A stretch of DNA of 32,803 nucleotides from Campylobacteraceae bacterium. Its GTDB lineage: Bacteria > Campylobacterota > Campylobacteria > Campylobacterales > Sulfurospirillaceae. Position numbers and translations under genes: made by a program. Position 1 is the stretch's first letter, and every line of letters begins with the position of its first letter. Below are positions 13,371 to 19,704 of the stretch, in pieces. Under the pieces are notes generated by a model. The model saw only the letters and a program-made list of their open reading frames with translations. It was not told the origin of the DNA and did not search any database. The DNA lies in NCBI GenBank assembly GCA_019162915.1, contig JAFLKZ010000013.1:34522-67324 (forward strand), given 5' to 3'.

Positions 13371-14470
13371 TTAACTGTTGGATCTGTTGAGCTTGTTGTG
13401 ATATTGACCAAGCTTTTTTCTTCTATGGTCAATGCATTATACTGTGCTTCAGTAATTACATTATATGTTTGAGGTGTCGCTACCCATGAGCTCCCTGTAT
13501 ATTTTGCATTTGTATATGTTTTTGTATTGACTATTTCAAAGCCTTCAGGAAGTCCTGAAATCGTAACATCACTCATAGCAAAACCAGGAGGTTGTGAAAT
13601 GAAAAGTGTAATCATTTTTGTAAGATAAGTTTTCTCGACACCATCACCTGCAACACTCGTATAATTTGCATTATCTGTAATAATTAAAGTTTTATTTTTT
13701 GAATAATAATCTAATGTTTCTACTTCATATTGTGCTTTTGAAGAAGTGTCAACGGTTCCTAATGAGCTACCCGTACCACCTATAGCATAAAAGGGATCAG
13801 ATGAAACAATCTTTGAGCCTATCTGGTAAACACCAAGGTCAAAATCAAGAGCGGCTTTAACATCACCAACATTATCTTGTGATTTTGATAGGTCTTGTGT
13901 TGAATTATATTTTCCTGTCAAGTTATTATTGACTGCGTGATCACTTACAAATTCTGTCAAGCTTTCAGTTAGATATTTACCTGAATCTTCCTTTGGTCCG
14001 ATGTCATCTTGTGGTTTAATATTTAATTGAGGATCAACATAATAAGCATTGTAGTCATTAACAGGCGCTTCTTTTGCTTTTGCTTCTTGCGCTTCAATCT
14101 TTTTTTGGTCTTCTAAAGGTAGAGCAACATCACCAGAAACGAGCAAAGAATCTTTTGTTGCTTGTCCTATATCGTGAATAGTATTTAACATACTTTCTAA
14201 GTCTAATTTAGTGCCGTTTGGAAATTTAATAAAAGGAGCATTATCTTCAAATGCCATCATTCCCAAGGAGACAAATGTAATTCGTCCTCCATTTGGAAAA
14301 GTAGCCACAACATCTCCACCAACAAGTTGAAGTTGAGCTTTTGATAAGTCAAAACCCAAATCCAATTCATCACCAGGGCGTAAAAATAGATTAAGATTTT
14401 CACCTTGCTTCGGTGGCGATTTAACAGTTGTTGTGCTTTTGCTATAGTTTACTTCTGATGGAACAGCCAT
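13286..14470 (-). CDS. N-terminal part of the giant RTX protein (small N-terminal domain, charged linker, Ig-like segment), cut off by a frameshift
   Basis: Likely start is ATG at 14470 (MAVPSEV) with GAAGGAAG RBS; no signal peptide. GGDVVATFPNGGRITF resembles N-terminal domains of T1SS adhesins, and VTISGLPEGF resembles adhesin Ig-like repeats. The last ~27 codons (IFIPKMIITML...) read as out-of-frame RTX sequence. Confidence 0.8.
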   Translation of the reverse strand: MAVPSEVNYSKSTTTVKSPPKQGENLNLFLRPGDELDLGFDLSKAQLQLVGGDVVATFPNGGRITFVSLGMMAFEDNAPFIKFPNGTKLDLESMLNTIHDIGQATKDSLLVSGDVALPLEDQKKIEAQEAKAKEAPVNDYNAYYVDPQLNIKPQDDIGPKEDSGKYLTESLTEFVSDHAVNNNLTGKYNSTQDLSKSQDNVGDVKAALDFDLGVYQIGSKIVSSDPFYAIGGTGSSLGTVDTSSKAQYEVETLDYYSKNKTLIITDNANYTSVAGDGVEKTYLTKMITLFISQPPGFAMSDVTISGLPEGFEIVNTKTYTNAKYTGSSWVATPQTYNVITEAQYNALTIEEKSLVNITTSSTDPTVKIFIPKMIITMLTIKLTMKFMETLVVYM

Positions 14471-14507
14471 TATGCTTCCTTCATTCAAAATACTTTAAAT
14501 TCAGTAT

Positions 14508-15476
14508 CTAGATCATAAGCACTAAGAGTGCCACAACCAATCCTAATGCAGCCGTAGTCAGACCTGTAGATATTTTTTTAGTCATTTTTGGAAGACTATT
14601 GTCTTTTAAAATATTTTCTGCAACAACGAATATACCTACTCTTTTGCCTTCAATATTTAAAATAGGCTTGACTAAAATAAAATGCTGATCTGTTAATAAA
14701 TATTTTTTAGCGATAATCTTATCAAAGTCCAAATCTGCTATCTTATCTAAGAATTCAATGTCAACTTTTGATTGAACACTAATTTCCAATTTTCCAACTT
14801 TTTGGTGTTTAAATTCTTGAAGTTTTCGCATATCTAAAACTTCTCTATCCAATAAAACTTGGAAAATCTTACCATTGATATTATAGTTATCGAATAAAAA
14901 ATCAACAGGTTTCTTTACTTCTAAAATACCATTTTGCATAGGATACAATGCTTTTAAGAATACCTTTCCATCCTCATATTCGATCGTACTCACAAGCTGT
15001 TGTGAGCTAAATGCTTTTTGTACGCTAAGCAAATCACTACTCACGGTACTATTAGGAATAATATCAACAAGAGATGAGCCTATCTTAAAAAGGTTTTTAT
15101 TATAAACTTCAATAACTATTGGATTTTTATCTAATTTGCCTAAATTTTGACTAATCGCACTTAATTGACTAAACATACTCTGATTATTGTCTGCTTTATC
15201 AATCATTTTTACGAACTCTTGATTTTGAACTAACATACTGCCAACAATTTCAAGATTTAACATTGAATCTGCAATTTTTGATTCTAAATCATAACAGTAA
15301 CTCGCATTAGTCGCTTCATACAAATTTTGCGTTGTTCTGCTCGTCATTGAATTTAGATAATACATTGTTCCTACAATTCCAATAATCGCAAGCGTAGTAA
15401 TGGTTGTAAACCAAAGAGCTTTTCTTTTTTTGAGTCTTTCCATAAAGGCTTGAAGCTTTAGTATCATTCCAAACAT
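14508..15476 (-). CDS. Membrane protein with two TM helices flanking a periplasmic Cache-like sensor domain; no cytoplasmic output domain
   Basis: TM1 is LWFTTITTLAIIGIVGTMYYL and TM2 is the C-terminal GLTTAALGLVVALLVLMI*. The PILNIEGKRVGIFVVAE motif is typical of the last strands of dCache domains in Campylobacterota chemoreceptors. GGGAG RBS. Confidence 0.7.
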   Translation of the reverse strand: MFGMILKLQAFMERLKKRKALWFTTITTLAIIGIVGTMYYLNSMTSRTTQNLYEATNASYCYDLESKIADSMLNLEIVGSMLVQNQEFVKMIDKADNNQSMFSQLSAISQNLGKLDKNPIVIEVYNKNLFKIGSSLVDIIPNSTVSSDLLSVQKAFSSQQLVSTIEYEDGKVFLKALYPMQNGILEVKKPVDFLFDNYNINGKIFQVLLDREVLDMRKLQEFKHQKVGKLEISVQSKVDIEFLDKIADLDFDKIIAKKYLLTDQHFILVKPILNIEGKRVGIFVVAENILKDNSLPKMTKKISTGLTTAALGLVVALLVLMI

Positions 15477-15537
15477 AATTTCTCCCTATCATCGGTTAAA
15501 TTGTATTAAATATAATTTTATTACACTAGTAAGACTT

Positions 15538-15546
15538 ATTATAACA
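15538..15546 (-). promoter_or_regulatory. Extended -10 promoter box TGTTATAAT upstream of the Cache and RTX genes
   Basis: Perfect TGnTATAAT on the minus strand in the 127-bp gap, about 60 nt before the ATG at 15476. Confidence 0.55.
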
Positions 15547-15603
15547 TTTTTTAGTAAAATGCTATATTCTAGAGGTAAAATACACCCTAATTGAATAAAA
15601 TTT

Positions 15604-17376
15604 TTATTTCTTATTTCTGGTTTTATTTTGTTTTTTGAGCTCTTCTTTGAGTTTAGCCAGAGGATGACACCAATCACCTTTGACTTCTTGTCGGAAAAGT
15701 TTCAAACTTTTATACCATGGGGTTGATGAACCTTCTTGCATCCATCTCCAATCAGCTGGTCTAGGAACCAAAACCCAAGCTTCTTTGTTTAAGGCACCAC
15801 AAAGATGAGCTACGGCAGTATCTGTGGTAATAACAATATCAAGCATTCCAATAATCTTGGCAGTAGTTAAAAAATCTGTGAGCAACGGTGAAAGATCAAT
15901 TAATTTATTTTGAAGACCTAACTCTTCAATTTGTAGTGCATCATTACCAGCTTGCAAGGAATACCATTTTGTTCCTTTAATTGACAACAACTCTGTATAA
16001 TTTTCGAGCCCAATATATTTATTTTTAAAATCTTTATTAGAACGACTACTACTCCAGACAAGTCCAATATTTTTGAATTTTTTATCTAATTGTAGATCAA
16101 CATATGTGTCTTTTACATGCAAATAAGGAAATTCATTTACAAGAGTTTCTAGTGTAGTCTTAAAGCGAGAGGAACAGGACAATAGAGGTAAATAAAAATC
16201 GTGCTCTGGGATCGCATCATCTTCACTAATCACTTCAATTTTCTGATCAACACTTTTAAATAACGAGACCAAATCTGATCTTGTTCGAATAATAACATGT
16301 GCTCCAAATTCTTTAAATTTTGGTGCATATCGAATAAACATTATATTATCACCAAAGCCTTGTTCATTTTGCAAAATAATTGTTTTTCCATTTAAAGGTT
16401 CACCTTGCCATAAGGGTTTTTTGAAAATATGCGTTTTGGCTAGAAGTTCTGTCATCTTTAACCGATGTTCATACTTTTCCCATCCGAGAGTATAATTTCC
16501 TTTGGTAAGTTCAATAAGTGATAAATCAAAATTAGCATTTGTATGATTAGGGTTCATACTTAATGCTTTATAGTAATAACCAACCGCCATCTCATATTCT
16601 TTAGACTCTTTATAAACTGCACCTAAATTGCTGTAAGCATCAACATATTTTGGATTTAAAGCAATCGACCGTTCAAGGTGTTGAATGGCTCCTTGCATAT
16701 CGTTCATATTACGCAGTAAATTACCCAAATTATTGTGTACTGCTGGGTCACTAGGGTTGAGTTCTAAAACTTTTTGATAAGCACTTAATGCTTTAGTATT
16801 TTCACCTAATTCTTTGTATACAACACCAATATTATTGTATGCTTGAGTTTTTTCTGGTGCTATTTCGATTGCTTTGAGATATGGGTTTTGGGCATTTTCA
16901 AATAATTTTAAAGATGTAAATAAATTGCCTAAATGAAGATGTGATTCATAATGCATTGGAAATTTTCTAACTGTATAAATGGCTATGTCTAAAGCTTTTT
17001 TATAGTTATTTTGCGCCTTTAACAATTCACTTAATCGTATATAGTCGCCGATTTCGCCACCCAATGATACTACTTTTTCTAAGGTTTCTATGGCTTTGAT
17101 AGGATTGTTTTGAAGCTGAAACAATGAAGAAAGGTTGGAATAAAAAGAAGTATGATCAGGAGCTATGCTGATGCCTTTTTGAAATACCAAATTAGCTTCT
17201 TCTAGCTTACCCATGCGCTTATAAGCCACGCCTAAATTGTTATACACTCTTAGTAAGAATGTGCCTTCAGGTTTAAAATAAAGGGCCTTAAGATAACAAG
17301 CACACGCTTCATGGGGCTGAGCATCTATCAAAAATAGATCTCCAGCATTGATAAGGCAAGAATATTTTACTTCCAT
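15604..17376 (-). CDS. TPR-repeat protein with C-terminal GT-B (GT9-like/FlmG-like) glycosyltransferase domain
   Basis: About 8 TPRs (YNNLGVAY, AYNNIGVVY, VHNNLGNLL, AYSNLGAVY), followed by W.GE.L.GKTI, EQGFGDNIMFIRY, DIVITTDTAVAHLCGAL, ADWRW and TPWYKSLKLFRQ motifs. Confidence 0.88.
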   Translation of the reverse strand: MEVKYSCLINAGDLFLIDAQPHEACACYLKALYFKPEGTFLLRVYNNLGVAYKRMGKLEEANLVFQKGISIAPDHTSFYSNLSSLFQLQNNPIKAIETLEKVVSLGGEIGDYIRLSELLKAQNNYKKALDIAIYTVRKFPMHYESHLHLGNLFTSLKLFENAQNPYLKAIEIAPEKTQAYNNIGVVYKELGENTKALSAYQKVLELNPSDPAVHNNLGNLLRNMNDMQGAIQHLERSIALNPKYVDAYSNLGAVYKESKEYEMAVGYYYKALSMNPNHTNANFDLSLIELTKGNYTLGWEKYEHRLKMTELLAKTHIFKKPLWQGEPLNGKTIILQNEQGFGDNIMFIRYAPKFKEFGAHVIIRTRSDLVSLFKSVDQKIEVISEDDAIPEHDFYLPLLSCSSRFKTTLETLVNEFPYLHVKDTYVDLQLDKKFKNIGLVWSSSRSNKDFKNKYIGLENYTELLSIKGTKWYSLQAGNDALQIEELGLQNKLIDLSPLLTDFLTTAKIIGMLDIVITTDTAVAHLCGALNKEAWVLVPRPADWRWMQEGSSTPWYKSLKLFRQEVKGDWCHPLAKLKEELKKQNKTRNKK

Positions 17377-17385
17377 TTGGCTTTT

Positions 17386-17628
17386 TTATTCTTTATTATT
17401 ATTATGTGTTCTAAAAGTATCTATAGAACCATCTTCTCTTCTGTAAAGTTTGATATCTTTTGCTTTTTTAGTAGGTTCTCTTTCTTGAAGTTTTTTATTA
17501 TAATAATCACGCCCTTGAAAAAGAATTTTCTCTTTGATGTCTTCTTTCTTAACACTACTATTATTTTCGGCTAAAACGATGATGGATCCCATAAAAAAAA
17601 TGATAAACACTATTAGAATTTTCTTCAT
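17386..17628 (-). CDS. Small exported basic protein, unknown function
   Basis: Sec-type signal peptide (MKKILIVFIIFFMGSIIVLA), AAGG RBS, and tight operon spacing (26 and 9 bp). Confidence 0.7.
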   Translation of the reverse strand: MKKILIVFIIFFMGSIIVLAENNSSVKKEDIKEKILFQGRDYYNKKLQEREPTKKAKDIKLYRREDGSIDTFRTHNNNKE

Positions 17629-17654
17629 TAAAGACCTTTCTTGGTAAATAAATT

Positions 17655-19094
17655 TTATAAATTAAAATGTTCTAAAAGCTTACCTTGTTTTGTTAGCAAG
17701 TTAAAATAATCAATAAGTCTTGTTTTTTCGCTTCTTAGTCTTTCAAGTTCAGCACTATTAACCTGTCTTTGTGCCTGCAAAAGAGTTACTAAATCTTGGC
17801 TAGAAAGCCTAAATTTTTCCCAATAAGCATCGGCCATTTTTTGACTAGCCCCAATTTCAGTTGCTAATGTTTCTATGGTTTTAGCATTTGTTTGTACTGA
17901 ATTGAAAAGCTTTTGAGAATTCCATTTAGTATCTTTCTTTGTATATTCAAGATTATAAACAAGTCCTGACACTTCACTTAAAAGCTTTGCAGTTTTTGCC
18001 TCAGTTCTTCCTCCGTTATAAAGGTTGTAGCTAAAAGTCAATTCAGCCGACAAATCACTATTATACCTTGCTGCATCTGGAGCATAAAAATCACCTTTAA
18101 AGCGTCTAGCATTTGTGAGGGAAAAATCAATTTTTAATCCATTAGTAGCATTATTTACCTCAACTTCTTTTTGCTTACCTTTGATTTGAGTATCTATGAG
18201 ATTGAGATCTGTATTACCCTGTTTAATTTCTTCAAATAATTCATTAAAAGGTTTTACTCTAACATCAAATTCTGTTTCATATGGATTGACAGTCTCTATG
18301 CTCATCCCTGTTAAAAATTCATAGTAGTCTTTAGCATTATTGTATGCGGATTCTGTATTAATAAGGGCTGTTTTGGCATTAGAGACACTCGCCAATATTG
18401 AGTTTTCATCTCCTGTTGTTGCCGCCCCCAGTTGTCTTTTTATTTTGACTATTTCAAGAACCTTGAGAAGCTTGTCATAATTATTTTTATTAACTTCCAA
18501 AGACCTCTTGCCATATACTACACTAAAATAGGCATCTATAACTTTTGAAACTTCTTCTTCCATAGTTCCTTTGAGTCGATTTTCTTGCTCTATTTTCGTT
18601 ATTCTTGTCCGCTCCAAAGTAGATGTATGCATGCCTGAAGAATAAAGGTTGTAACTTACTGCAACTTCACCTTTTACTTGATTATATCTTTGCGGATCGA
18701 AGCCTTGTGATTGTTTATTTGTTCCAACTGTTGATAAATCAGCTTGTGGTAAAAAATCGGCATAAGCTTCATCTGTACCGCGCTCTGCTTGAATAACTCG
18801 TTCTTGCGCTTGTTTCACGCGATAATTGGAACTTATCGCAATACTTACTACATCTTTAAGTTTCGTATCATTTTCACTCTTAAATACTTCACTCTCTCCT
18901 GATACAAACAAGGTTGAATTTTTATGACTTGAAGTATCTTCTTTCTGCTCATTAGTAGCTTTAATGAAATTTTCAAGAGCTTTACTATTTGTCTCATTTA
19001 CATCTGCAAATAAAAAACTACTTGATAAACTGTTAGTTATTAGAAAAAAAATTAAATATTTCGAAATTTTAAAAACCACTGAGATTTTCCTCAC
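17655..19094 (-). CDS. TolC-family outer membrane channel (T1SS; SiiC-like position)
   Basis: Two outer-membrane-efflux repeats (AYADFLPQADLS...SYNLYSSG and FSYNLYNGGRT...LVTLLQAQRQ). GTG start overlaps the upstream TGA (GTGA), indicating translational coupling. Confidence 0.92.
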   Translation of the reverse strand: MRKISVVFKISKYLIFFLITNSLSSSFLFADVNETNSKALENFIKATNEQKEDTSSHKNSTLFVSGESEVFKSENDTKLKDVVSIAISSNYRVKQAQERVIQAERGTDEAYADFLPQADLSTVGTNKQSQGFDPQRYNQVKGEVAVSYNLYSSGMHTSTLERTRITKIEQENRLKGTMEEEVSKVIDAYFSVVYGKRSLEVNKNNYDKLLKVLEIVKIKRQLGAATTGDENSILASVSNAKTALINTESAYNNAKDYYEFLTGMSIETVNPYETEFDVRVKPFNELFEEIKQGNTDLNLIDTQIKGKQKEVEVNNATNGLKIDFSLTNARRFKGDFYAPDAARYNSDLSAELTFSYNLYNGGRTEAKTAKLLSEVSGLVYNLEYTKKDTKWNSQKLFNSVQTNAKTIETLATEIGASQKMADAYWEKFRLSSQDLVTLLQAQRQVNSAELERLRSEKTRLIDYFNLLTKQGKLLEHFNL

Positions 19095-19684
19095 TTAACA
19101 TCGATTTTAAGATAACCAAATTCAAAACCAGTTTTTTCTGGTGTTTTATAATTGATTTTTATTTTATTTTTAAAAGTCTGTACACTCTCAAGACTATTTT
19201 TTAGACTTAATATTCTACCCAGTGAAACTTGTTTGGTTTGTGTCGAACTAATAAGCTTTTTAGAATCTCCCACGCTAATAACAAAAGTTGCATTAGGTCT
19301 TGTCTTAAGGACTTTATCCATAGCTTTAGACACTATAGAAATCATCTCTTTACTTAAAAAATATTCATTATTTTTAAAAATAACCATTAGATCAGACTCT
19401 TTAAATTCTACATCTGCTACTTGTTCAGTATTTTTACTAAGTGTATTTCCCTCCGATGGACTACTACTTTGGATGGTTACTGTGGTATTAACCTCTTTTG
19501 TAGAACTCGAAATATTTTTTGGAGATACTTCTTGTTTTGATTCCTTTGAGTTAAACTGCATATAGTATCCAACATTAACAAACATAATAAGAACAAACAA
19601 CAACAATACCAAAATAACAGATGAAAATAAATCTACATAAGAGATATATGGATTCATTTCTCCATCATCACCTCCGCCAGCCAT
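19091..19684 (-). CDS. MotB/SiiA-like ion-channel subunit: single TM with conserved Asp plus periplasmic OmpA-like domain
   Basis: NPYISYVDLFSSVILVLLLFVLIMF carries the MotB-family W/Y-x-S-Y/F-x-D motif (D18) and, from memory, closely parallels SiiA NPWPSFVDTFS. It is followed by an S/T-rich linker and a compact alpha/beta domain. Confidence 0.82.
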   Translation of the reverse strand: MAGGGDDGEMNPYISYVDLFSSVILVLLLFVLIMFVNVGYYMQFNSKESKQEVSPKNISSSTKEVNTTVTIQSSSPSEGNTLSKNTEQVADVEFKESDLMVIFKNNEYFLSKEMISIVSKAMDKVLKTRPNATFVISVGDSKKLISSTQTKQVSLGRILSLKNSLESVQTFKNKIKINYKTPEKTGFEFGYLKIDVK

Positions 19685-19704
19685 CTATTTTTTCCTTGCT
19701 TGCA

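Noticed and set aside
13413-13420. AAAAAAG as a programmed -1 frameshift site for the RTX gene
   Set aside because: It is out of phase (GAA AAA AGC), and the -1 frame hits TAA at 13371-13373 afterwards. The A4 run at the actual junction is too short for typical slippage or phase variation.
13420-13470. ITEAQYNALT motif resembling short phage tail-fibre repeats
   Set aside because: A single short match that cannot be supported without a profile search.
4-13472. Many 60-100 aa ORFs on both strands in the ORF track
   Set aside because: Antisense or off-frame shadows of the RTX coding frame, with no RBS or family motifs.
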